NCBI GenBank assembly: GCA_947493255.1
Contig: CANLQK010000005.1
Span: forward strand, 277,078-341,077
Reading direction: 5' to 3'
Length of the DNA: 64,000 nucleotides
DNA from: an uncultured Rhodobacteraceae bacterium
GTDB taxonomy: Bacteria > Pseudomonadota > Alphaproteobacteria > Rhodobacterales > Rhodobacteraceae
Made by a program: the position numbers and the translations under genes. The notes under the pieces are model-generated. The model ran no database searches and was not told where the DNA came from. It saw only the letters and a program-made list of their open reading frames with translations. Below are positions 38,784-48,072 of the stretch, piece by piece. Each line of letters starts with the position of its first letter. The first letter of the stretch is position 1.

Positions 38784-40070
38784 TTATTTGCCTATACAAA
38801 AACTCGAGAAGATCTCGTCTAACACATTCTCAACGTCTACGCGACCAATCAAGTTATCAAGTGATCGCACTGCCTGCCGAAGATCATCACAAAGTAAATC
38901 AACCGGTAAGTCACTTGAAGACAAACCAAACGAAACCACTTGTAATGCTGAACTTGCAGTCCTCAAAGAAACTTCATGCCGGCGGCGGGTTGCAACACCA
39001 GCATTCCCAACCAAAGAATGTAAGTGACCACTAACGTTATCAATCAAATCTGAAATTCCGTCACCAGTCAAAGCCGAGACCGATAGTTGAGTATCTGTAG
39101 CAGACAGATCAGACTTGGATTGAACAAAAATATCCAAACCGGACTCAAACGTTCCAGGACCAAAATCAGCATCTGGCGATAGATGTATCCGAATATCGGC
39201 AGTAGCAGCTCTATCTAACCCACGTTCAATCCCGATACTTTCCAACTCATCCACAGCATCCCGCTGACCAGCAGTATCCAAAACCGTCACCGGCAGCCCG
39301 CCAAGATCCATTCTAACTTCGATAACATCCCGCGTGGTGCCGGCAATGTCAGAGGTAATAGCAGCCTCACGACCAGCTAACTTATTAAGCAAAGTTGATT
39401 TTCCTGAATTCGGTGGCCCAATCAACGCTACTTCAAATCCTTCACGGACACGTTCACGAATACCGACCCCATCCGCTTCTTTGCGAATTTCAACCGAAAC
39501 TGATTCGATAAGTTCGCGAACCTCTGGATATACATCAACTGGAACATCCTCATCGACGAAGTCTATCGTCGCTTCCAATAGCGCCGCTGCACGAACTAAC
39601 TTACGCCTCCAGCCATCTGTCAGCTTACCTAAATCACCCTTGAAAACACGGACTGCTTGACGCCGCTGCCCTTCAGTTTCTGCCTCAATAAGGTCAGCAA
39701 GCCCCTCAACACGAGCCAGATCTAATGCGCCGCTTTCCATTGCGCGTCTTGTAAATTCACCAGGATCGGCATGCCGTAGTCCTAGTTTCTCAAGTTCAGT
39801 CAAAACCGAAACAACAACTGCAGGAGAGCCATGTGTTTGAAGCTCGACTACCTGTTCACCAGTAAAACTTCGGCCCTGACCAAAACTGATTGCGAAAGCC
39901 TCATCGATCAATGAACCGTCTTCCCCAATTAGTCGGACAAGCTTACGATCATGTTCAGCCAACACAGCGCCCAATTTCCCAACACTTCTCAGAGAATCAG
40001 ATCCTGATATTCGGATTACTGATACACCAGCCTTACCTGCTGCTGACGCAAGCGCAAATATCGTGTCCAT
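38784..40070 (-). CDS. mnmE: tRNA modification GTPase MnmE (TrmE)
   Basis: DTIFALASA, SFTGE, GPPNSGKSTL, GTTRD, DTAG, IFSSFCIGK. Confidence 0.96.
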   Translation of the reverse strand: MDTIFALASAAGKAGVSVIRISGSDSLRSVGKLGAVLAEHDRKLVRLIGEDGSLIDEAFAISFGQGRSFTGEQVVELQTHGSPAVVVSVLTELEKLGLRHADPGEFTRRAMESGALDLARVEGLADLIEAETEGQRRQAVRVFKGDLGKLTDGWRRKLVRAAALLEATIDFVDEDVPVDVYPEVRELIESVSVEIRKEADGVGIRERVREGFEVALIGPPNSGKSTLLNKLAGREAAITSDIAGTTRDVIEVRMDLGGLPVTVLDTAGQRDAVDELESIGIERGLDRAATADIRIHLSPDADFGPGTFESGLDIFVQSKSDLSATDTQLSVSALTGDGISDLIDNVSGHLHSLVGNAGVATRRRHEVSLRTASSALQVVSFGLSSSDLPVDLLCDDLRQAVRSLDNLIGRVDVENVLDEIFSSFCIGK

Positions 40071-40101
40071 GATCTTAAGCCATTGATTCTAAATCACTAA
40101 T

Positions 40102-41388
40102 TTATGTATTCATTGAATCAAAGAAATCAGAATTTGTCTTTGTTTGTTTCAACTTAGAGATTAGGAATTCGATTGCATCAGTCGTACCCATCGGGTTCAG
40201 GATACGGCGAAGCACATAAGTTTTCTGAAGGTCAATTTTATCAACCAACAGGTCTTCCTTACGAGTACCTGATTTCAGAATATCCATCGCAGGGAACACA
40301 CGTTTATCAGCAACCTTGCGGTCCAGAACAATTTCCGAGTTACCCGTACCTTTGAATTCCTCGAAAATGACTTCGTCCATGCGACTGCCTGTATCGATCA
40401 GAGCAGTTGCGATAATGGTCAATGAGCCACCTTCTTCAATATTTCGTGCAGCACCAAAGAAGCGTTTAGGACGTTGCAACGCATTTGCATCCACACCACC
40501 CGTCAAAACCTTGCCGGATGAAGGTACAGTGGTGTTAAACGCACGACCTAACCGTGTGATTGAATCCAGCAGAATAACAACGTCTCGCTTATGCTCGACC
40601 AAACGCTTTGCTTTTTCGATTACCATTTCAGAAACTGCTACGTGACGAGAAGCTGGTTCATCAAATGTGGAACTAACGACCTCACCTTTTACGGATCGCT
40701 GCATGTCTGTTACTTCTTCGGGACGCTCATCAATCAAGAGAACGATCAAGTAACATTCAGGATGATTTGCAGCAATTGAATGGGCAATATTCTGCAACAG
40801 AACCGTTTTACCTGTCCTAGGCGGTGCAACGATCAATGAACGTTGTCCTTTACCAATTGGTGCAACCAAATCGATTATCCGGGCAGAACGATCTTTTGTT
40901 GTTGGATCAGCAGTTTCCATCTGAAGGCGTTCTTCCGGATAAAGTGGCGTCAGGTTATCGAACGCAACCTTATGACGTGCCTTTTCCGGGTCTTCAAAAT
41001 TGATCTTTTCAACCTTGGTGAGAGCAAAATAACGTTCTGTATCTGATGGTTCTTTGATTACACCCTCAACAGTGTCACCTGTCCGCAAGGCATGCAGCCG
41101 GATCATTTCAGGAGATACATAAATATCATCTGGACCGGGAAGGTAGTTAGCTTCCGGAGAGCGTAAGAAACCAAATCCATCTTGAAGAACTTCGAGAACA
41201 CCGTCACCACCGATAACCCAATCATCTTCAGCGCGTTCTTTAAGAATGGCGAACATCATGTCGCCTTTACGCATCGTTGATGCATTCTCAATTTCTAGCT
41301 CTTCGGCAAGCGCTAACAGATCCTTCGGGCTTTGTGCCTTTAGATCTGCAAGATTCAAACGGTCATTGGAAGTAACAACGTCAGACAT
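40102..41388 (-). CDS. rho: Transcription termination factor Rho
   Basis: DGFGFLR, GKGQR...[23 protein letters not shown]. Start refined to MSDVVT (GGGGA SD). Confidence 0.97.
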   Translation of the reverse strand: MSDVVTSNDRLNLADLKAQSPKDLLALAEELEIENASTMRKGDMMFAILKERAEDDWVIGGDGVLEVLQDGFGFLRSPEANYLPGPDDIYVSPEMIRLHALRTGDTVEGVIKEPSDTERYFALTKVEKINFEDPEKARHKVAFDNLTPLYPEERLQMETADPTTKDRSARIIDLVAPIGKGQRSLIVAPPRTGKTVLLQNIAHSIAANHPECYLIVLLIDERPEEVTDMQRSVKGEVVSSTFDEPASRHVAVSEMVIEKAKRLVEHKRDVVILLDSITRLGRAFNTTVPSSGKVLTGGVDANALQRPKRFFGAARNIEEGGSLTIIATALIDTGSRMDEVIFEEFKGTGNSEIVLDRKVADKRVFPAMDILKSGTRKEDLLVDKIDLQKTYVLRRILNPMGTTDAIEFLISKLKQTKTNSDFFDSMNT

Positions 41389-41572
41389 CAATAAGTCCCC
41401 GGTAGCAATTGCTACCTTTTTTCTATGATCTGGAAAATTCACCTTCGGACGAAGGATGAGGATGACTAAGCAATCAAATGAGCCGTGTCAATTCTTCAAC
41501 TTTTTGAACATTTCATTGAATCGACCATGTAATGATATCTGATCTTCTAAATATAAAATATAAAGGTGTTTG

Positions 41573-41593
41573 TAGTAGTAGTAATGTGGGTAA
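41573..41593. promoter_or_regulatory. DnaA-trios abutting a DnaA box (basal unwinding system)
   Basis: TAG TAG TAG TAA immediately followed by TGTGGGTAA (reverse complement TTACCCACA); AT-rich AAATATAAAATATAAA tract at 41549-41564 on the distal side. Confidence 0.7.
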
Positions 41594-41674
41594 TGCTGAT
41601 GATTGAAGTTACACACGGATTTATCCAACTCTACGAAATTCGTATGAACAGTAACGCATCTCCTATCTTAATAT

Positions 41675-41687
41675 TAACTTACTGATT
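41675..41687 (-). promoter_or_regulatory. IHF-binding consensus within oriC
   Basis: Reverse complement AATCAGTAAGTTA matches WATCARNNNNTTR exactly, next to an A/T tract. Confidence 0.55.
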
Positions 41688-41903
41688 TTTAAAAAAAATA
41701 TCCTCAATATTTCGATTGAAGCTAGATAGAACTTGAGTCCTAAATAGATTTATCCACAACTAGGATTCTTTCTTATCCCACGTGGATAACGGACTGACAT
41801 CTTTGGATATCCCAGATAACAATTCTAAAGATCGTTGGTGGTTGCCCTTAACCTCAATTCATCCCATCACATGTCCAATGGTTCACCCACGGGGATATCC
41901 ACA

Positions 41904-42503
41904 ATGTCAGCACAGATAATTTTAGCTTCTGCCTCAGAAATTCGAGCACAACTTCTAACGAATGCCGGTGTAAACTGCTCAATTATCCCAGCACGAATCG
42001 ATGAAGAATCTATTAAGTTATCCCTTGAGGCAGAAGGCGCGCCTCCACGTGATGTTGCGGATACTTTGGCGGAACTAAAGGCCCGCAAGATTGCCGAAAA
42101 AGGACAAGGCAAGCTTGTATTAGGGTGTGATCAGGTCCTTGCCCTCAAAGGCAAAGTTCTTTCCAAGCCAGAAACGCAAGTTGAAGCTATTAACCAACTT
42201 CAGCTATTGCGCACGGAAACGCATCAACTTTTATCATCAGCAGTTGTGTATGAAGATCTGAAACCGGTTTGGCGACACGTCGGCGTTGCTCGTTTAACGA
42301 TGCGAGATTTCTCAGATGATTATCTCAACGATTACGTTTCCCGAAATTGGGAAAGCATACGTTGGTCCGTCGGTGGATATAAAATAGAGGAAGAAGGCAT
42401 TCGTCTTTTTCGAATGATCCAAGGTGATACTTTTGTAGTTCAAGGTTTACCTTTACTGGAACTCTTGTCTTATCTCACACTTCGCGGGACACTACCGACA
42501 TGA
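41904..42503 (+). CDS. maf: Maf family nucleoside triphosphate pyrophosphatase
   Basis: IILASAS..R, LGCDQVL, SKP, GGYKIE, VQGLPL. Start refined to MSAQII. Confidence 0.9.
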   Translation: MSAQIILASASEIRAQLLTNAGVNCSIIPARIDEESIKLSLEAEGAPPRDVADTLAELKARKIAEKGQGKLVLGCDQVLALKGKVLSKPETQVEAINQLQLLRTETHQLLSSAVVYEDLKPVWRHVGVARLTMRDFSDDYLNDYVSRNWESIRWSVGGYKIEEEGIRLFRMIQGDTFVVQGLPLLELLSYLTLRGTLPT

Positions 42504-43333
42504 CACACAAACATGTTCCTTTGGCTGGGGTGATCGGGAACCCGATTTCACAATCCAAATCACCAATTCTGTTCCGGCATTGGTTAAAAACTTACGGGCG
42601 CAAAGGGCACTATGTTCCTATGCCAGTTGAAGAAGGGAATTTAGAGCAGGTTATTCGTACATTGCCAAAGATGGGATTTGTCGGATGCAATGTAACAATT
42701 CCACATAAAATCGATGTCCTAAAGATAGCTGATCTTGCCACCGACCGAGCGACTTTGATTGGCGCTGCAAACACGCTCATTTTTCGCAAAGATGGTAAGA
42801 TCCATGCCGATAATACAGACGGGTACGGTTTTATTGCGAACCTTAAGCAGGGCGCACCGGGTTGGGCCCCTTCGATCGGGCCGGCGGCTGTATTAGGTGC
42901 AGGTGGTGCAGCGCGCGCAGTTATCGCGTCCTTACTGGATGTTGGCGTTCAGGAGATTTTCCTTAGCAACCGAACGCGACCTAAAGCTGAAGCTTTGAAA
43001 TCTGCCTTCGGTACAAAAGTCACGGTTGTGGATTGGGTGCAGGCTGGAAACATGTTGGAAGAAGCCGCCACTGTCGTGAATACAACTTCCCTTGGGATGC
43101 AAGGTATGCCTGAACTACGTGTTCCGCTTGATGGATTGCGCCGAGGAACAGTTGTTACCGATTTGGTTTATAACCCTCTCAAAACCCGCCTTTTGGTTGA
43201 AGCCGAAGCGGCAGGATGCGTTGTGGTTGATGGCTTAGGCATGTTGCTTCATCAGGCGGTACCAGGATTTGAACGATGGTTCGGTGTTCGTCCAGAAGTA
43301 GATGTCGACACGCGGGCTGCCGTTTTGCGATGA
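42500..43333 (+). CDS. aroE: Shikimate dehydrogenase
   Basis: GNPISQSKSP, NVTIPHK, GAANT, DNTDG, GAGGAARA, GLGMLLHQA. Confidence 0.95.
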   Translation: MTHKHVPLAGVIGNPISQSKSPILFRHWLKTYGRKGHYVPMPVEEGNLEQVIRTLPKMGFVGCNVTIPHKIDVLKIADLATDRATLIGAANTLIFRKDGKIHADNTDGYGFIANLKQGAPGWAPSIGPAAVLGAGGAARAVIASLLDVGVQEIFLSNRTRPKAEALKSAFGTKVTVVDWVQAGNMLEEAATVVNTTSLGMQGMPELRVPLDGLRRGTVVTDLVYNPLKTRLLVEAEAAGCVVVDGLGMLLHQAVPGFERWFGVRPEVDVDTRAAVLR

Positions 43334-43923
43334 CCTATGTATTAGGACTGACTGGTTCGATTGGGATGGGTAAATCGACGACTGCCAAGATGTTCGCCGA
43401 TGAAGGCGTCCCGGTTTGGGATGCAGATGCAACTGTTCGCACGCTTTATGGACCCAATGGTCTTGCGGCCAAGATTGTCGCAAACCAGTTTCCTGAGGCT
43501 ATGGAGGGCAACGCTGTTTCGCGCGAAAAACTCCGTAACTTGATCGCTGAAACCCCAAATGTTCTGGATCAGCTACAAACAATTGTTCATCCGCTAGTGG
43601 CAGCAGATCGGGCAATGTTTCTGAAACGCGAAAACGCTCCAGTTGTACTTCTCGATATCCCTCTTCTTTTTGAAACAGGGGCAGAAAAAGAATGTGATGG
43701 CGTCGTTGTTGTAACAATGTCGCCCGCAGTGCAAAGACAACGTGTGTTGTCGCGGGGCGAAATGACCCAAGCGGATTTAGAAATTATTCTAGAGCGTCAA
43801 ATGCCTGACAAAGCCAAACGAGAAAAAGCAACGTGGGTAATTGAAACCTTATCGCTAGACGCAGCACGCCAATCTGTGAAAGATATCTTACATAAAATCC
43901 TATCAGGCCAGCATCATGCGTGA
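43330..43923 (+). CDS. coaE: Dephospho-CoA kinase
   Basis: [27 protein letters not shown]. Confidence 0.94.
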   Translation: MTYVLGLTGSIGMGKSTTAKMFADEGVPVWDADATVRTLYGPNGLAAKIVANQFPEAMEGNAVSREKLRNLIAETPNVLDQLQTIVHPLVAADRAMFLKRENAPVVLLDIPLLFETGAEKECDGVVVVTMSPAVQRQRVLSRGEMTQADLEIILERQMPDKAKREKATWVIETLSLDAARQSVKDILHKILSGQHHA

Positions 43924-44644
43924 AATCGTACTCGACACCGAAACAACAGGATTCGAACCCTCCGAGGGGGACAGGATTGTGGAAATTGGTGCGATCGAAT
44001 TGCATAATCACATGCCAACCGGCCGAACTTACCACCAATATATCAATCCCAAACGATCAATGCCGGCAGAAGCGTTTAGTGTACATGGGATTGGTCCCGA
44101 TTTACTCGCTGATCCACGACCACCCGAAAAGGGTGAAGTGATCCTTAAAGACAAACCTGTCTTCGCCGATGTTGCACAGGCGTTTGTTGATTTCATCGGT
44201 GATGCGAAACTGGTGATTCACAATGCTGCGTTCGATATGAAATTCTTGAATGCAGAACTTGGTTGGGTAAACCGACCACTTTTACCCATGGATCAGGCGT
44301 TAGACACATTAGCAATTGCACGAAAAAAATTCCCGGGTTCACCAGCATCTTTGGATGCTTTGTGTCGGCGTTTCAACATCGACAACTCTAATCGTACGTT
44401 GCACGGGGCTTTATTAGATAGTGAAATTCTCGCTGAAGTATATCTTGAGCTGATCGGAGGCCGGCAGCCTGATTTGGTCCTGGCTAGTCAAAATACCAAT
44501 AAGAAAAAAGCAACCGACGATGTTGATTGGCGACCTATGCCACGCCCTAATCCGCTTGGTGCAAAAATAAACGCAGCAGAAGCTGAAGCTCATGCCGCGT
44601 TTGTTGATGCTTTGGGCGAAAATGCCCTGTGGAATAAATCCTAA
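43916..44644 (+). CDS. dnaQ: DNA polymerase III epsilon subunit
   Basis: LDTETTG (Exo I), HNAAFD (Exo II), [14 protein letters not shown] (Exo III), GGRQ clamp-binding region. Confidence 0.95.
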   Translation: MREIVLDTETTGFEPSEGDRIVEIGAIELHNHMPTGRTYHQYINPKRSMPAEAFSVHGIGPDLLADPRPPEKGEVILKDKPVFADVAQAFVDFIGDAKLVIHNAAFDMKFLNAELGWVNRPLLPMDQALDTLAIARKKFPGSPASLDALCRRFNIDNSNRTLHGALLDSEILAEVYLELIGGRQPDLVLASQNTNKKKATDDVDWRPMPRPNPLGAKINAAEAEAHAAFVDALGENALWNKS

Positions 44645-45159
44645 GCGTCTGCTGTTTTTGTTTCCGCTTGTGCTTGTGCAGCCCGCAAAGCGATCTGCTG
44701 GCGATAAATCGCGACGAAATCGATCTGTTCTAAGTTCAAAGGTGGGAACCCACCATCGCGTGTAACGTCACTTACTATACGGCGCATGAACGGGAACAGC
44801 ATCCTTGGGCATTCGATCATAAGATAAGGGTGCATCTGTTGCTCTGGCACACCGTCGATTTCAAAAACACCGGCATATTCAAGCTCTAGCAAGAACAAGG
44901 TTTTGTCGGAACCAGCGTTGTTAGATGTGACTTTAAGTTTGGTGATAACCTCGAATTGGTTCTCTGCACCACGTTTGCGGGCATCAAGGTTCACTTCCAC
45001 TTTGATTTCTGGCTTCACTTCGCCGTCGACACCTTTTTGTGCCATGACATTTTCAAACGAAAGATCGCGAACAAACTGTGCAAGAATGCGTTGTTTGATC
45101 TGTGGTGCTTGGGCGGCCGGATCAGCTGCGCCATTTGTTGGTGTTGTTTCTTCGGCCAT
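44641..45159 (-). CDS. secB: Protein export chaperone SecB
   Basis: [33 protein letters not shown]. Confidence 0.95.
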   Translation of the reverse strand: MAEETTPTNGAADPAAQAPQIKQRILAQFVRDLSFENVMAQKGVDGEVKPEIKVEVNLDARKRGAENQFEVITKLKVTSNNAGSDKTLFLLELEYAGVFEIDGVPEQQMHPYLMIECPRMLFPFMRRIVSDVTRDGGFPPLNLEQIDFVAIYRQQIALRAAQAQAETKTADA

Positions 45160-45215
45160 CGGGCCCTCCGAGGGTTAATAAATTCAGGTGTGTGTATCAG
45201 GATGGTGAGAGGGTC

Positions 45216-45701
45216 TCAATCTTTCGTCCAACCAGATTGGCCATTTTGCGAAGGATTCTGCGGTGTCACTTCTTCAAACTCACCGTCAATCACCCGATCG
45301 CCGCCTCGGCTGTGGTGTTGGGTTGGTCCGTTGGGTCCCATTTGAAAGCTCTGCACATTTACTCTGCTTTTTAAATATCGATAAGCAGCGGATCGGACCG
45401 TGGGGACTAGAAGAAGAAAACCTATAAAATCGGTGAAAAATCCCGGTGTGATCAGCAATGCACCAGAAAATAAAATCATCGCACCGTGCGCAAGAGGTTC
45501 TGTAGGGTCCTGTAGGTTAGAAAAAGATGTTCTTAGGTTAAGCATTGCTTGCGTACCCTGACTACGAACCATCCAAGACCCCAATAATGCCGTCACAATG
45601 ACAGTGAAAAGCGTCCAGCCCAGCCCAATAGCGCCACCAATTTGGACGAAGAGAGTAATTTCCAGCAATGGAATACCAATGAAAAGCAAAAGAAGCAGCA
45701 T
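45216..45701 (-). CDS. fxsA: FxsA family membrane protein
   Basis: PLLEI, LLITPGFFTDFIG, C-terminal IDGEFEE. Confidence 0.9.
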   Translation of the reverse strand: MLLLLLFIGIPLLEITLFVQIGGAIGLGWTLFTVIVTALLGSWMVRSQGTQAMLNLRTSFSNLQDPTEPLAHGAMILFSGALLITPGFFTDFIGFLLLVPTVRSAAYRYLKSRVNVQSFQMGPNGPTQHHSRGGDRVIDGEFEEVTPQNPSQNGQSGWTKD

Positions 45702-45812
45702 GGGAAAACCCGTCAGTGAATGAATCCTATCGGCGTAAGGTGGACTTGGCCCAACCTCGACCCTACATAGGGGTTGAACACTTACGTTACCACTGATCAG
45801 GAAGAAACAACC

Positions 45813-46472
45813 ATGAATTCGCCCGTTATCCAGCTTCTTGTACTTGCAGGAATTGCGATTTTTCTGATTTTGCGACTGCGCAGTGTTTTAGGAACTCGGG
45901 AAGGGTTTGAAAAACCTCGTGTTGAAGCCCCTCAAAAAACAAAGCGGACGAAACCCGATTTCGACGTAATTGAAGGCGGCCCAGACCCAGACATCACAGA
46001 TTATGTTGATGCAGAGAGCGACACCGCAAATGCACTTTCATCGATGAAAGCAGACGATCGCACATTTAACGTAAGAGAGTTCTTACGCGGTGGTCGTGGT
46101 GCATATGAGATGATCCTTACAGGTTTTGAGAATGGCGACTTGGCAGATATCAAGCCATTCCTGTCAGAAGATGTATACGAAGCCTTTGCAGGTGTTGTGG
46201 AGGCACGGGAAAAAGACGGCCTGACCGTCGACTTTAATTTTGTAGGCATCTCAGAAACCACGCTTGTAGGTGCTGAATATGACAAGTCATCAAAGGAGGC
46301 GGAGGTTTCTGTTCGGTTCCTTAGCGAAAGCACCTCGGCTGTTTATGATAAAGGCGGTGACTTGATCGAAGGTTCACCAACGGATGTGAAAAAGCAGCGC
46401 GATGTTTGGACGTTCGGCCGCAAGATGGGCACGGGCGACCCGAATTGGTTCCTCGTCGCCACAGGCGAATGA
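45813..46472 (+). CDS. Tim44/TimA family protein
   Basis: N-terminal TM helix IAIFLILRLRSVLG; FL.GGRGAYEMI; DVWTF...PNWFLVAT. Confidence 0.88.
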   Translation: MNSPVIQLLVLAGIAIFLILRLRSVLGTREGFEKPRVEAPQKTKRTKPDFDVIEGGPDPDITDYVDAESDTANALSSMKADDRTFNVREFLRGGRGAYEMILTGFENGDLADIKPFLSEDVYEAFAGVVEAREKDGLTVDFNFVGISETTLVGAEYDKSSKEAEVSVRFLSESTSAVYDKGGDLIEGSPTDVKKQRDVWTFGRKMGTGDPNWFLVATGE

Positions 46473-47488
46473 CCCTTAAGGCGGCAGCCCTCGGGTTGTC
46501 GCTGCTCGGTGCGGAGGCAGCCATGGCGCAACCAAGTTATCAGTTGTTGCAGTTTGATGATTTGGCCGGATGGGCCGATGACGATCATCAGGCAGCGCTT
46601 GATGTCTTTTTGTCGACCTGCGGTGATATGCGCGACGCGAATTGGCAAGGGCTATGCAATGTTGCCCGCGAAGGCCAAGAAGCACGTGCATTCTTTGAGC
46701 GGTTTTTTACACCAGTCCTAATCGACGACGGGCAAGACGCGTTGTTTACAGGCTATTTTGAGCCTGAACTGAGTGGGTCTTTAACGCGCGGTGGACCTTA
46801 TCAGTACCCGCTTTATCGTTTGCCCGCCAACGCTAGGCAATACTCACGTCGGGAAATTGAAGAAGGCGCCACTTTTGAGGGCAAAGGCCTCGAGATAGTT
46901 TGGATTGATGATCCGGTCGATGTCTTCTTTTTACAAGTACAAGGATCTGGCCGCGTAAAGCTTGATACGGGTGGCTGGATCCGAGTTGGATATGCAGGTG
47001 CAAACGGGCGCGAATATTCTTCGGTTGGTCTCGCATTGGTAAATCGCGGAATCTTCGAACCGCATCAGGTGTCCGCAGACGTCATCCGAAACTGGGTACG
47101 CAATAACGGTGAAGAGGGGCGCCAGCTTCTCTGGGTAAATGAAAGCTATGTGTTCTTTCGTGAAGTGAATGAGGTTCCGCCAGAAATGGGACCACTTGGT
47201 GCGATGAACAGAAGCGTCACAACTATGCGTACGGTGGCGATCGATCCAACCTATGTGCCTTACGGAGCACCAGTCTGGATCGAAAAGGCAGGGGCTGATC
47301 CGCTTAATCGCCTCATGGTCGCCCAAGATACAGGTTCCGCAATTAGGGGTTCCCAACGGGCAGACATTTTCTTTGGTACGGGTGATGCGGCGGGCAGTGC
47401 TGCGGGTCGCATCAAAGATGGTGGCCGGATGGTTGTTTTGATGCCTATTCAAACAGCCTATGCGCTTCTGCCGGATGTGATTGAATGA
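46469..47488 (+). CDS. mltA: Murein lytic transglycosylase A
   Basis: FTGYFEP, FFLQVQGSG, AQDTGSAIRG..RADIFFGTG (3D domain); signal peptide. Confidence 0.92.
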   Translation: MTLKAAALGLSLLGAEAAMAQPSYQLLQFDDLAGWADDDHQAALDVFLSTCGDMRDANWQGLCNVAREGQEARAFFERFFTPVLIDDGQDALFTGYFEPELSGSLTRGGPYQYPLYRLPANARQYSRREIEEGATFEGKGLEIVWIDDPVDVFFLQVQGSGRVKLDTGGWIRVGYAGANGREYSSVGLALVNRGIFEPHQVSADVIRNWVRNNGEEGRQLLWVNESYVFFREVNEVPPEMGPLGAMNRSVTTMRTVAIDPTYVPYGAPVWIEKAGADPLNRLMVAQDTGSAIRGSQRADIFFGTGDAAGSAAGRIKDGGRMVVLMPIQTAYALLPDVIE

Positions 47489-48072
47489 AAAAGCCGCGGC
47501 ATTTGTCTGCCGAGGAGCGCGCACTTTGGGACATGGTCGCAAAGCGCGCCGATCCATTGGAAAAACCGGCGTCTAAATTTGTACGCGCCGCTCCCCGAAC
47601 ACCCGACGTTAAATTGCCGACCACACGACAACCAATACAGTCCTTCAACATTGGCCAATCTGTTGACCATACTCGCGACCATGACCTGTTACCGTCTCTC
47701 GGCCAACAAATGCGAGCAACGCCGATACAGATGGACCAAAAGGCATTCAGTCGTATGAAGCGGGGCAAGCTAAAACCAGAAGCGCGGATAGATTTACACG
47801 GCATGACTTTAGCGCAGGCACACCCAGCCTTAACCGGATTCATTTTGCGGTCGGCCAGCGCAGGGCATCGTTTGGTGTTGGTCATTTCAGGTAAAGGCAA
47901 GAACCGTGATGATGGTGGGCCAATCCCAACAAAATTCGGCGTACTTCGTCATCAAGTACCGCAATGGTTGGCAATGGCACCGCTTGGGGCGTTGGTTATG
48001 CAAGTCTCGGAAGCACACGTCAGACATGGCGGTGGCGGCGCATATTACGTCTACTTACGACGTTCACGTTGA
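47485..48072 (+). CDS. Smr domain protein
   Basis: IDLHG, VISGKG, HGGGGAYYVYL. Confidence 0.9.
   Translation: MKKPRHLSAEERALWDMVAKRADPLEKPASKFVRAAPRTPDVKLPTTRQPIQSFNIGQSVDHTRDHDLLPSLGQQMRATPIQMDQKAFSRMKRGKLKPEARIDLHGMTLAQAHPALTGFILRSASAGHRLVLVISGKGKNRDDGGPIPTKFGVLRHQVPQWLAMAPLGALVMQVSEAHVRHGGGGAYYVYLRRSR

Larger units (their letters stand above)
41443..41903. other. oriC: Chromosomal replication origin oriC
   Basis: AT-rich gene-free gap between divergent rho and maf. Perfect TTATCCACA at 41750-41758, one-mismatch boxes at 41585-41593, 41781-41789 and 41895-41903, GANTC sites at 41518, 41735 and 41764, and proximity to parAB/parS/gidAB. Confidence 0.88.

Noticed and set aside
41571-41584. 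GTA trinucleotide microsatellite
   Set aside because: Better explained as DnaA-trios in oriC than as a neutral or contingency repeat.
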